Shown here: positions 19,748 to 28,229 of the stretch, in pieces | Layout: every line of letters starts with the position of its first letter | Position numbering within the stretch: position 1 is the stretch's first letter | IMG/VR virus record: IMGVR_UViG_3300009181_007093 | Length of the DNA: 64,000 nucleotides | From: a virus | Reading direction: 5' to 3' (one strand) | Notes under the pieces: model-generated | The model's database searches: none | Told to the model about the DNA's origin: nothing | What the model saw: the letters and a program-made list of their open reading frames with translations, nothing else | Position numbers and translations under genes: made by a program

Positions 19748-19768
19748 TGCCAATTTCACCATAGGGGC
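19748..19768 (-). pseudogene. 5' fragment of the disrupted tRNA-Leu(UAA)
   Basis: GCCCCTA-TG-GTGAAATTGGCA; GCCCCTA pairs with TAGGGGT at 18673-18679. Confidence 0.8.
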
Positions 19769-19889
19769 ACAATAGCAGCGAATACAAGACAATTAAAAGA
19801 TATTACGAGCAATTCCCTTGCGTTTCGCCACTTCGCGGTATTCTGATTCTACCAGAATTTATTTAAAAATCAAACACAAAAACTCTATT

Positions 19890-20480
19890 CTACGACTTTC
19901 TAATTTTTAGATGTATCCAACACGATTCTGACACTGTAAAAGGTTGAACAAGAGGGGATTCGTTCACTGCTTTTTCTACATCAGGAGCATAAAAATCATA
20001 ATCATGTCCAGCTAAATATCCTCCTATTTTAACTTTAGGGAACCATGCTTCAATATCTTCTTTAACCCTTTCGCATTCATGAGCGGCATCAATAAATACA
20101 AAGTCCAAAGATTCATTTTTATATGTTTTGCTAGCGTCCACAGATGACATTCTAACGGCACTATAGTAGTCTTCTAATGGTTTCATGTTGTTTATAAAAG
20201 TACTATACAACAAATCATTGCCAAGATTCTTCATGGTTTCTATATGCTCCGTACTTCCGAGCCAGGTGTCTATGCAATCAAATTTAATTCCTTTATTGCT
20301 GTTTGCGATTATAACACCCATATAAGCCGAAGATTTCCCCTTCCACGAACCGACTTCAACGAAATGAGATCCACTAGGATGCTCATGAACCATTTTTGAA
20401 TATAGATTTGGATATGTAAACCAATTTTCTCCAAAACTATCTTGTTGATAAATATGTTCCAACTTACTGTTTCCTGTCAA
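19890..20480 (-). CDS. Class I SAM-dependent methyltransferase (Methyltransf_24-like); start may be TTG at 20462
   Basis: VEVGSWKGKS, IDTW, FVFIDAAH, GGYLAGHDY. Confidence 0.88.
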   Translation of the reverse strand: MTGNSKLEHIYQQDSFGENWFTYPNLYSKMVHEHPSGSHFVEVGSWKGKSSAYMGVIIANSNKGIKFDCIDTWLGSTEHIETMKNLGNDLLYSTFINNMKPLEDYYSAVRMSSVDASKTYKNESLDFVFIDAAHECERVKEDIEAWFPKVKIGGYLAGHDYDFYAPDVEKAVNESPLVQPFTVSESCWIHLKIRKS

Positions 20481-20526
20481 TAAAGCTATTTTTCAAGACG
20501 ATTTAATTGCATTCGTCTAATATATA

Positions 20527-20842
20527 TGAACTACCCACCCGCTAAAGACGAGTGGGTTTCCTACCCAACCAACTGCTTTTCAATTAAGGAAAGTCTAATG
20601 TCAGGACAGCAGGCTAACCCGGTCGTTCCGACCGTTTTGTTTTTTAGTTTTGGACTAAACACTTGTTTATCGTGCTTCATCCAAATCTAATATAGTGTAA
20701 AATTTCAAATTTTTTCACAAATAACGGCGATTCATCCCCTACCCTAAAGAGGTTTGGTCACAGTCTCGTCCGCTATCGCTCACTCGCTTTGCAACCAAAC
20801 TTTTTCCTTAAGAAAAAGTAGGGGTTTTCTCGCCGCGAGGAT
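20527..20842 (-). mobile_element. Non-autonomous IS200/IS605 derivative: tnpB internally deleted, both ends and the omega-RNA region kept
   Basis: Right end ...GGAAACCCACTCGTCTTTAGCGGGTGGGTAGTTCA; TnpB C-tail TVGTTGLACCPDIRLSLIEKQLVG*; left end GGCGAGAAAACCCCTA...CCTCTTTAGGGTAGGGATGAATCGCC interrupted by a nested hairpin. Exact left boundary uncertain. Confidence 0.8.
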
Positions 20843-20876
20843 ATATAAATAATTAGGTATGCACAAGGAGAGAAAT

Positions 20877-21260
20877 ATGGGAAAAGAATATGGTTTATAT
20901 TTATCGGGATTACTAAGTTTTGATGAGTATTGTGACATTTCAGAATCAGTAGAAAAAATTAAGCCGAGCGACAAGGTAAGAAACAAGATTGGGAGCATCA
21001 AAAGCTATTGGCTGAAGCCTGGTGAGGCTTTAACTCACATACAAGGCTTATTACACGAATATGGTTATATTGTAGACAATCCTAGTTTTGACATAAGCGA
21101 TAGCAAAGAAGACGGTCATCAAAATTTTTCGCTATCTCGTTTTGCAGATGAAAAAGCGTACCAAGATGGTGTTTTCGTACATGTGGATAATGTTTTAGTT
21201 TTCAATTGGCACTGGATGCCGAGTGGCAATCAGGTAGAAATAGTTTCATATATATCATGA
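20877..21260 (+). CDS. Hypothetical protein, possibly virion-associated
   Basis: AAGGAG RBS before ATG 20877; TATATAAATA upstream; own terminator. Confidence 0.75.
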   Translation: MGKEYGLYLSGLLSFDEYCDISESVEKIKPSDKVRNKIGSIKSYWLKPGEALTHIQGLLHEYGYIVDNPSFDISDSKEDGHQNFSLSRFADEKAYQDGVFVHVDNVLVFNWHWMPSGNQVEIVSYIS

Positions 21261-21269
21261 AAAAAAATA

Positions 21270-21299
21270 GCGGTCAGGAAAATTTATATTCCTGACCGC
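21270..21299. terminator. Bidirectional hairpin terminator between convergent genes
   Basis: GCGGTCAGGAA/TTCCTGACCGC stem with A-tract on the left and T-tract on the right. Confidence 0.75.
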
Positions 21300-21324
21300 C
21301 GAGTGTTTTTAAATGTTTACTCTA

Positions 21325-21570
21325 CTAAACTTGAGTTTCAGAATTGTCAACAAAGTTAGAAAAGTACTTTATTAGTCTTTCCAACTTTTTGCTTCTAGTT
21401 GTGGCCCCTCCGCCAATATCAGAAAACTCTTTATGTATCTGGCTAAGCTTAGGAGATACATCCAGCCAAATGCTATTGGCTCTTTCCATAATTGCACAAA
21501 CCTTTTCTTGCGTTTCTTTTTTTATTCTTGACATATTCACAATCCTTTTTAAAAGTAAAAGCCTAAACAC
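21325..21570 (-). CDS. Hypothetical protein
   Basis: Short ORF; true start probably MSRIKK. Confidence 0.55.
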   Translation of the reverse strand: MFRLLLLKRIVNMSRIKKETQEKVCAIMERANSIWLDVSPKLSQIHKEFSDIGGGATTRSKKLERLIKYFSNFVDNSETQV

Positions 21571-21657
21571 TAATAATAATCATAACATAAATAAAATAAG
21601 CATGCAATAGAGATCTAAATTATTTAATAATATTAAATCGTTGATTAAACATGTAAT

Positions 21658-21939
21658 TCATCTGCGGGGTTTAAGCTCATCTAGCAAAAGCTTAAATTCA
21701 TCATGCGAATAACCTAAAACAGAAACAAAATAGAAAACAAACCGTAACAAATTAGATGATAAATTTGTTTTTTCTTTTATTTGTTTTTCGTTTAAATTAT
21801 TTTTTCTTATTTGCCAAGCAGCAGACAATAATTGATTGAAAACATTAGAATCAAAAACAAGCCCACAAAAATTACACCTAGAAATACCGTCTAGCAGTGT
21901 TGTTGTGAGCTTCTTACCACATCCTGGACACACGTTCAT
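21658..21939 (-). CDS. Zinc-ribbon protein
   Basis: CPGCG...CNFCG. Confidence 0.7.
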   Translation of the reverse strand: MNVCPGCGKKLTTTLLDGISRCNFCGLVFDSNVFNQLLSAAWQIRKNNLNEKQIKEKTNLSSNLLRFVFYFVSVLGYSHDEFKLLLDELKPRR

Positions 21940-22007
21940 GATTAACCATCAAAAAAGCCGCACTGGGATAGAGCACCCAGTGCGGCTCGTTTATATTATT
22001 ATTACTC

Positions 22008-23465
22008 TTATTCGTCGTCGTCTTCCTCATCCTCATCCTCATCCTCGTCGCCATCCTCATCCTCATCCTCATCCTCATCCTCGTCGCCATCCTCATCCTC
22101 ATCCTCGGTTTCGGATTCGGCTTCATCTTCGCCCTCATCCTCATCACCATCCTCGTCCTCATCACCATCCTCATCCTCATCACCATCCTCATCACCATCA
22201 CCATCCTCATCCTCATCCTCGTCCTCGTCCTCATCCTCGTCCTTTGAAGCAAATGCCATCTTTTCCCGCCAATCTATTAGCGTTGTTGAAAAATCTTCAG
22301 AGTTTTCGATAGCATGATTTTCTAAGATCATTTTCATAAGCTCAAGCATAGTTACCTCTATAGTAAAAACTTCATTTTCAAACTCTATCTCACCATCGGC
22401 TTCAATAATACTCTGAATACACCTTAAAACCTTTTTAATTGTTTTAGGGCTTCCCATTTTCTTCGAAACATAAGCACCAGACTCCGACATTGCTTCTTCA
22501 ACTATCCTTAAAGAAGCAACTGGGGCTTTTGCCTTGTTTTTTAGAATAGCTTTTTCTCTCTCTTCCGATCTTGATAAAACTTTTTTTGCCTTTTTTACAG
22601 ACTTTTCATCACCTTGTATCTCGGCAATTGCTTTAATTGTTTTTGCCCGATCCTTCTTTTTTACAATAGCATGCAATTGCTTTTCCATTTTTTCACTTTT
22701 CTTTTCAAATAAATCATCTGCTTTGCAGAGTGCAGACTTTATAACCTCATTCCTAGTCTCTTCAGATTCTATTTGTGAAATTTTTATAGCTGCATGGCGT
22801 TTGATCCTATTTTCACAAACAAGATTTAAAGTTTCTTCATCCAAACAAGATATGAGATCATCTGTTTCCTTAAGCCACTTTGAATCTTTTTGAAGCGTTT
22901 TTAGAATCTGTTCGTCGTCTACATCAAATCTTCTTAGCTCTGCGACAGCGGAAATCTCATGCCCTTCGGTGAGATCGATTCGATTTTTGTTTTCCGCCCA
23001 AGACAGCACAGCAGCTTCTAGGTCACTGGAACAGTCAAAAATCTGGCACGGTATGAATTCGTATGCTATATGTGCTGAAACCATTCTGTTTTCACTAGCA
23101 TCCCCGTTAGAGCATGGTTCTAATACATTTTCTTTTTTAGAAATTAAGTAGTGTAAAGCTCTATACCTTCGATCTCCTCCAACTAGTTGAGGGTGTTTTT
23201 CCCCATTCCTTTCAACCCATCGGCAAATTAAAGGGGTTAAAAGCGTATGAGCTTTTATGCTTTCCCTTAATTCAGAGCAGATTTTTTTATCAGCTAAAGT
23301 TTCGAATCCATTTTTTGTTAATAATCTTGGATTTGAAAAAACGTATCCACTGGCGTTGCCATCTACGCTATCTGTGGTGATTATCGCACTAAAAGGAACC
23401 TTATGGAGATACCCATGCAGGTGTTGAATGCCATCGATGAACGCAAGTCTATTATTGGTCTTCAT
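22008..23465 (-). CDS. ParB/Srx-domain protein with coiled coil and ~80-aa Asp/Glu C-terminal tail
   Basis: LLTPLICR...LVGGDRRYRAL (GxxRxxA)...AENKNRIDLT; GGAG RBS; (ED)n tail. Confidence 0.8.
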   Translation of the reverse strand: MKTNNRLAFIDGIQHLHGYLHKVPFSAIITTDSVDGNASGYVFSNPRLLTKNGFETLADKKICSELRESIKAHTLLTPLICRWVERNGEKHPQLVGGDRRYRALHYLISKKENVLEPCSNGDASENRMVSAHIAYEFIPCQIFDCSSDLEAAVLSWAENKNRIDLTEGHEISAVAELRRFDVDDEQILKTLQKDSKWLKETDDLISCLDEETLNLVCENRIKRHAAIKISQIESEETRNEVIKSALCKADDLFEKKSEKMEKQLHAIVKKKDRAKTIKAIAEIQGDEKSVKKAKKVLSRSEEREKAILKNKAKAPVASLRIVEEAMSESGAYVSKKMGSPKTIKKVLRCIQSIIEADGEIEFENEVFTIEVTMLELMKMILENHAIENSEDFSTTLIDWREKMAFASKDEDEDEDEDEDEDGDGDEDGDEDEDGDEDEDGDEDEGEDEAESETEDEDEDGDEDEDEDEDEDGDEDEDEDEEDDDE

Positions 23466-23515
23466 TTGAAAAACTCCCTTTTGACAAAAAATTAAAATAA
23501 CGCTTTAATTAAAGA

Positions 23516-24148
23516 CTAGAACTCGTATCCTTTCGTTTTTGAAAATGGTTTTCTACATCGGATCATATTGTTCGTTTCATACTCTTTATCGCCAAGACTG
23601 TCTAGTCCAGAATTTTTTTTCCTTAAAACCAAACCCTCAATCTGTTTATTTTCTAAGGACTCCTCATACCGGAGTTTAAAATTATCGTAAAAAGTCTCTG
23701 CCATGCTGAATTTTGAAGACATTTCCAAAGCAATTCCAGAAGAATTTAACTTGACTGGATTATCGCATATTTGTTTTAGCATCTCAATTCTTTCAAGTTG
23801 CTTTGGTTGAAAGAAAAGATATTTCCCTGCTTGCAAAACATCAAAAAAAATTATTTCTTTTGTAGAATTAACATCCTTGTTCATAAGTTCCCCATCTAGC
23901 CAGTATTCTTTTTCAGCATCAAGATTTAGACAAGAAATTAAATCTTCTTTTTCTTTAGCAGAAAGTTCAAATTTTGAAAAAGTAGTTCCATGCCTGTTTC
24001 CAACTGTGATCTCTCTTTCAGAAGATATATGGACAACCACTCTACTTCCATTGAATTTTCTTTGTGCCAACCAGTTTCCGTCTTCATAAAGATACAAGTC
24101 AGAAGGCAACATTTTACCTTTAGGTCTTGGCGGAAATATTATATTCAT
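23516..24148 (-). CDS. Minimal ATP-dependent ligase/nucleotidyltransferase (adenylation domain only)
   Basis: Motif I QRKFNGSR, LDGEL, IFFDVL, IEGLVLRKK; no OB domain. Confidence 0.75.
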   Translation of the reverse strand: MNIIFPPRPKGKMLPSDLYLYEDGNWLAQRKFNGSRVVVHISSEREITVGNRHGTTFSKFELSAKEKEDLISCLNLDAEKEYWLDGELMNKDVNSTKEIIFFDVLQAGKYLFFQPKQLERIEMLKQICDNPVKLNSSGIALEMSSKFSMAETFYDNFKLRYEESLENKQIEGLVLRKKNSGLDSLGDKEYETNNMIRCRKPFSKTKGYEF

Positions 24149-24185
24149 TCTTTTCTATCTATATTGCTCTTATTGTTTAGGGCAT

Positions 24186-24214
24186 AATATACCAAAATCA
24201 AAATTATTTGTCAA
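24186..24214 (-). promoter_or_regulatory. Sigma-70-type promoter TTGACA-17-TATATT with extended -10 TG
   Basis: Upstream of the ligase/ParB genes. Confidence 0.65.
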
Positions 24215-24314
24215 CCCCCACAAATATTTTGTCCACCCCCACACACAACCCTAATGGAATGAAGAAATAGCTCTAAAGAGGGATAACTTGGGCAAGTTAG
24301 GAAAGTCAGAGAAT

Positions 24315-24878
24315 TTAGCGTATCTCCACGATCCCATAGCACAGCATATGTAGGATATTCATCTCAACGTCTTCGACTCTTCCGTAGTGGCTCTCATCAA
24401 TCACAATGAGGTGGTTAGCGTATTCCGCAATAGTGCCACGACAGTTGCCAACAAGGGCAACGGTCACAAGATTGTGCTCTGTAGCCCATCGGATGGCTGC
24501 GACCAGATTTGGAGAACTACCGCTAACACTTGATAAAATGAGTATGTCTTCCGGTTCTGCATGATTGACAAGTTGCCGAACGAATACATCGTCAAATGAG
24601 AAGTCGTTACCGATGGCAGTCATCCACGCCACGTTATCGGTCAAAGACAGCACTTTAAACGGATGCAGAACCGCAGCAGAGGCTGTTTTGCCAAGGTCTG
24701 TGCTGAAATGCGAAGCGTTTGCTGCACTCCCGCCATTTCCGCAGATAAAAATACGTTTTCCTTCTATTCCAGCCTGTCGAATAATATCGATTGCATTAGC
24801 TATAACAACCGCTGGAACAGACTCTAAGGCACGGTTCTGTGCTTCTACGTATGCTTTAACCCATTCAATCGTATTCAT
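24315..24878 (-). CDS. gmhA: SIS-domain phosphoheptose isomerase (GmhA-like)
   Basis: ICGNGGSAANASH, TAIGND, SVSGSSPN, VEDVEM; GC visibly above the flanks. Confidence 0.85.
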   Translation of the reverse strand: MNTIEWVKAYVEAQNRALESVPAVVIANAIDIIRQAGIEGKRIFICGNGGSAANASHFSTDLGKTASAAVLHPFKVLSLTDNVAWMTAIGNDFSFDDVFVRQLVNHAEPEDILILSSVSGSSPNLVAAIRWATEHNLVTVALVGNCRGTIAEYANHLIVIDESHYGRVEDVEMNILHMLCYGIVEIR

Positions 24879-24929
24879 TTTTTAGATATTCTCGGTCGGG
24901 AAATCAAACCCTACAATTTTAACATGATT

Positions 24930-25568
24930 CTATCGCTCAAGCTCACCGATAAAACTCATCTTGCATTCTTCACATGAAGCTTTTAATGGGTTGAATCCAT
25001 TTGGATTCCTTCCGCTTCTGATGCTGTTTTGTGGAGGAAGACATCCACATGTGTATTTATAATTATAAGATTTTGTTTTTTCTAAAGTTTTTAATGATTT
25101 TTTTGTAGAATCATAAAAAGCTTCCCAATTAAAAGTTTTTTTCAAAAAAACAAAGGCATTTATTCTTTTTTGTATACAAAGATCACTTGGTTGTGCTAAA
25201 AAACGTGCATCTACAACGTTTCTTGGAAAATCAAGCATCAAAATAGACCATCCTCTGCTTTTATGCTTTACGACAAAAATTCCTTTTTCGACGCATTCTT
25301 CCATAAAAACTTTTTTATGGTACGAATTTGGTCCCACATCATTTTTGCCTTTTTGCAAATGAAAAATGTGTATCATTTCATGAAGCAAACATGTTAAAAA
25401 AGAACTTTCATCAAACACGCATCTTCCCATAAACAATATGTTTTTATTTTTGTCAAAATTAAAACAAAATTTTCTTTTAAAATCAATTTGAATATTTACG
25501 AACTTTAATTTACTTTTAAAAAATGTTTTGTTAAAAAAGTAAAATATTTTTTTTATTTGATTTTCCAT
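24930..25568 (-). CDS. SprT-like zinc metalloprotease
   Basis: LLHEMIH...YH, C-terminal YTCGC...CEEC. Confidence 0.7.
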   Translation of the reverse strand: MENQIKKIFYFFNKTFFKSKLKFVNIQIDFKRKFCFNFDKNKNILFMGRCVFDESSFLTCLLHEMIHIFHLQKGKNDVGPNSYHKKVFMEECVEKGIFVVKHKSRGWSILMLDFPRNVVDARFLAQPSDLCIQKRINAFVFLKKTFNWEAFYDSTKKSLKTLEKTKSYNYKYTCGCLPPQNSIRSGRNPNGFNPLKASCEECKMSFIGELER

Positions 25569-25603
25569 ATAGATGAATTGAATGATCTGGAAATATTTAG
25601 ATA

Positions 25604-25894
25604 TTAATTACTATCGCTATCGTCGTTCCATAATATAACCTGAGTGTCATTCTTATCTTTAACGCAGTGTACACTACCGTCACAAAAACCTGAAAAGCAA
25701 CCGATGCCTGCACTCAGGCTAAACGATTGTGGAATATAACTAGAATTATTATACCGATTTAATTGATCTGATTTATTGATATAGGCAGAATGGTTATCTG
25801 ATTTGTTTGTGATAGGATCTTGTTGTTTTTTAGAATACAACATTAAAATTAAACATACAAATATCAATAATGCTATAATGTTTTTCATCTGCAT
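25604..25894 (-). CDS. Hypothetical membrane-anchored protein
   Basis: N-terminal TM helix. Confidence 0.55.
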   Translation of the reverse strand: MQMKNIIALLIFVCLILMLYSKKQQDPITNKSDNHSAYINKSDQLNRYNNSSYIPQSFSLSAGIGCFSGFCDGSVHCVKDKNDTQVILWNDDSDSN

Positions 25895-25938
25895 TGCCTA
25901 AAAAACAGTTCTAAACGAAGATTGCATTCAAAACAATT

Positions 25939-26109
25939 TCATTCTTTATGGTCATGAATTGCTTTATAAACTTCACTTCTATGAACAGGTATATCTTCTG
26001 GAGCTTCTATTCCTAATCGTACTGTGTCCCCACGTATGTCTACGATAAAAACTCTAATATTATCGCCTATTACTATGTTTTCATCTTTTTTTCTGCTTAG
26101 AACTAACAT
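25939..26109 (-). CDS. csrA: Carbon storage regulator CsrA/RsmA (copy 2)
   Basis: [20 protein letters not shown]...[19 protein letters not shown]; TTGACA-18-TACAAT promoter at 26158-26187. Confidence 0.95.
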   Translation of the reverse strand: MLVLSRKKDENIVIGDNIRVFIVDIRGDTVRLGIEAPEDIPVHRSEVYKAIHDHKE

Positions 26110-26228
26110 TTGAATCCTTTCCAGAGGCAGGGAAATAACCATCTATCTATCTGTTTCATTGTACCATGGCAACACAATATTTGTCAACCCATGAAACACG
26201 AAATACCCGCCACTTAAGAAAAATAAAA

Positions 26229-26260
26229 GGAGTCATTAAGTTTGTTAACCTAATGACTCC
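26229..26260 (-). terminator. Rho-independent terminator
   Basis: GGAGTCATTA/TAATGACTCC stem plus T-tract. Confidence 0.75.
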
Positions 26261-26287
26261 TAAGTTATTTGGAACTAAAAACTAAAA

Positions 26288-26443
26288 TTAAAATAGTCTT
26301 TGATTGCAAACAGTAATTGCAGGCACCCAAGCGCCAGCTCTACCATTGCAAATTCCTAGTGCTTGTAAAATCCTACTGCATCGTGGGTAGTAATAACCCC
26401 ATACTGCCGTAGTGTAAGTTCCATTTGGTTTTTTACAGTTCAT
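26288..26443 (-). CDS. Small 51-aa Cys-containing protein (not in the ORF track)
   Basis: MNCKKPNGTYTTAVWGYYYPRCSRILQALGICNGRAGAWVPAITVCNQRLF; AAGGAG RBS, CTATATAA upstream, terminator downstream. Confidence 0.75.
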   Translation of the reverse strand: MNCKKPNGTYTTAVWGYYYPRCSRILQALGICNGRAGAWVPAITVCNQRLF

Positions 26444-26515
26444 AAAATTAATTCTCCTTAATTAAGATAACGTTACCATATTATATAGAGGAGAATTAAA
26501 TGTTTTTTATTTAAA

Positions 26516-27283
26516 CTAAAGTTCTTCTTTGTTGTTTCGCAATGTTTTTATAGCTTTTATTCCAAGTGATTTTATTGTTGAACCACCTTCGTGCTTAACC
26601 CAACTTGTGCCGCACACAGCTTGCTTGAAATCTTTTTCTCTCATTCTCTTTGCATAGTCTTGTGCTTCATAGCTTGCATACGGCATTTCTTTAATTAACC
26701 CAACATGATTAAAAAGATCTCGATGACAAAGAGAACAATATAAAGGAAGAAAAAACTTTTCATCATCTATGACTTTATCTGAAAGTACTTGTCCTTTTCT
26801 AGCTCGCATAAATTCAAAATTTTCAACTGGGTTGTTTGTTACTGGAGAAACCATTTTAACACCAGAAGATTTCATTGTTTCAAGATATGTTCCTAGATTA
26901 AGAAGCCAATTTCTACCATAAAAAGAAACATCAGAATGCATAATGACAACATACGGTATTATTTTATCCGCTTTGTTCTCAAATTTCCAAGGATTTTGAA
27001 GTGCAAAATTTACAGCAGATCCAAATCCTTTGTTTTCTTGATATAAACATCTAACTCCTGTTATGCGAGCTTTTTCCAATTGCGACTTAAAAGAATCATT
27101 TTCTGATCCATCGTCTACTAAAGTTATAAGATACCGATTGGATATTACCGTTTGAAATATAGTTTGAATAGCATTACTAACAAGAGCTTGTTGACCGTAA
27201 AAAGGTATAATTATCTCAACATCCGAGCCTAAAAATGGCTTTTTTTCAATTACCCTATTAATCATAATTTTATTTTCTGCCAT
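26516..27283 (-). CDS. Glycosyltransferase family 2-like
   Basis: IIIPFY, LVDDGS, NKGFGSAVN, MHSD, WVKHEGG. Confidence 0.8.
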   Translation of the reverse strand: MAENKIMINRVIEKKPFLGSDVEIIIPFYGQQALVSNAIQTIFQTVISNRYLITLVDDGSENDSFKSQLEKARITGVRCLYQENKGFGSAVNFALQNPWKFENKADKIIPYVVIMHSDVSFYGRNWLLNLGTYLETMKSSGVKMVSPVTNNPVENFEFMRARKGQVLSDKVIDDEKFFLPLYCSLCHRDLFNHVGLIKEMPYASYEAQDYAKRMREKDFKQAVCGTSWVKHEGGSTIKSLGIKAIKTLRNNKEEL

Positions 27284-27292
27284 GCATCGTCC

Positions 27293-28180
27293 TTAAATTA
27301 ATGTAAAGTCAATAAATTGAATTTCTAGTATATCTCTTGGGAAAGAATTGTCGATATTTTCTTTCCATCTGGATTTTATTCTTCTAAGAATTTCTTTTTT
27401 ATGCGTAAAAAATATTTCAATTGGTTGTTTAATAATATTTTCGCTAACAATAGTTAATCCAATATCATTTATTATTTTTTTGTATTCTTGTAAAGGGTTT
27501 GTGAACTCTAGTGTTGGAATTCCTTCAAACCCCATAGAATATAACTCTTCTGTAGTAAAAACAAGATGCAAGTAAGCCTTATTAAGCTGTCTATAAAGAT
27601 GCGTTCCATGTCTACTTGTCCATGGGTGTAGTCTTAAAAATATTTTGCCAATCTGTGGTGCTTTAACATTTCTTATTCGAATAAGCTCTTTGAATGGGTC
27701 CTTGGTGTGATCCAAAACATCGTTAACAAGAATAATATCATATGGACCGTTTTCTACTACAACATCCCAGTCGCTTGTTAGTATGAAGTTTTCTTTTGTT
27801 TCAAAGTGATTCCAATCTTGATCTTTTATATCATATCCCACTACCTTTTTTATACCATTTTTTGAAGCAAGAAAAGGAACGTGCCCTTCTCCACAACCAA
27901 AATCTAGAATAGATTTTCCTTCGATGCTAGTTAAAATCAAATTTTGTAAAACGTCTTCGGCTCTTAGTAGCTTGTCTGATTCTTTATCTTCACAAATCAA
28001 ATCTTCTTGTAAAGCTTCTGGCCAATCTTTTGTTTTAGAAAGCATCCTTAATTCTGTTATTTCCGCAAGGTGATCTTTACCTTCTGGTATATTTTTATTT
28101 TCTTCTTCTAACAAACTTTGCAAAAAGATCTTTATATGATCTAATGCTCTAATGTACTCAATAATATTTTTTTGACTCAT
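27293..28180 (-). CDS. Class I SAM-dependent methyltransferase
   Basis: ILDFGCGEG, VVGYDI, DVLDH; likely start MSQKN. Confidence 0.8.
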   Translation of the reverse strand: MSQKNIIEYIRALDHIKIFLQSLLEEENKNIPEGKDHLAEITELRMLSKTKDWPEALQEDLICEDKESDKLLRAEDVLQNLILTSIEGKSILDFGCGEGHVPFLASKNGIKKVVGYDIKDQDWNHFETKENFILTSDWDVVVENGPYDIILVNDVLDHTKDPFKELIRIRNVKAPQIGKIFLRLHPWTSRHGTHLYRQLNKAYLHLVFTTEELYSMGFEGIPTLEFTNPLQEYKKIINDIGLTIVSENIIKQPIEIFFTHKKEILRRIKSRWKENIDNSFPRDILEIQFIDFTLI

Positions 28181-28229
28181 TTTATTCTCACAGTAATTAT
28201 AACAAAAACAAACCGTAGCGTCTATATCA

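Noticed and set aside
19770-19850. Imperfect hairpin upstream of the tRNA 5' fragment as another tRNA or ncRNA
   Set aside because: No T-loop or cloverleaf; pairing too weak to support a call.
21836-22312. His/Pro-rich (+) and Met/Arg-rich (-) ORFs
   Set aside because: Alternative readings of the GAGGAT repeat encoding the ParB acidic tail.
24207-24245. Short imperfect direct repeat (TTTGTC(A/C)ACCCCCACA) beside gmhA as an insertion scar
   Set aside because: Only two tandem copies and no partner on the other side of gmhA.
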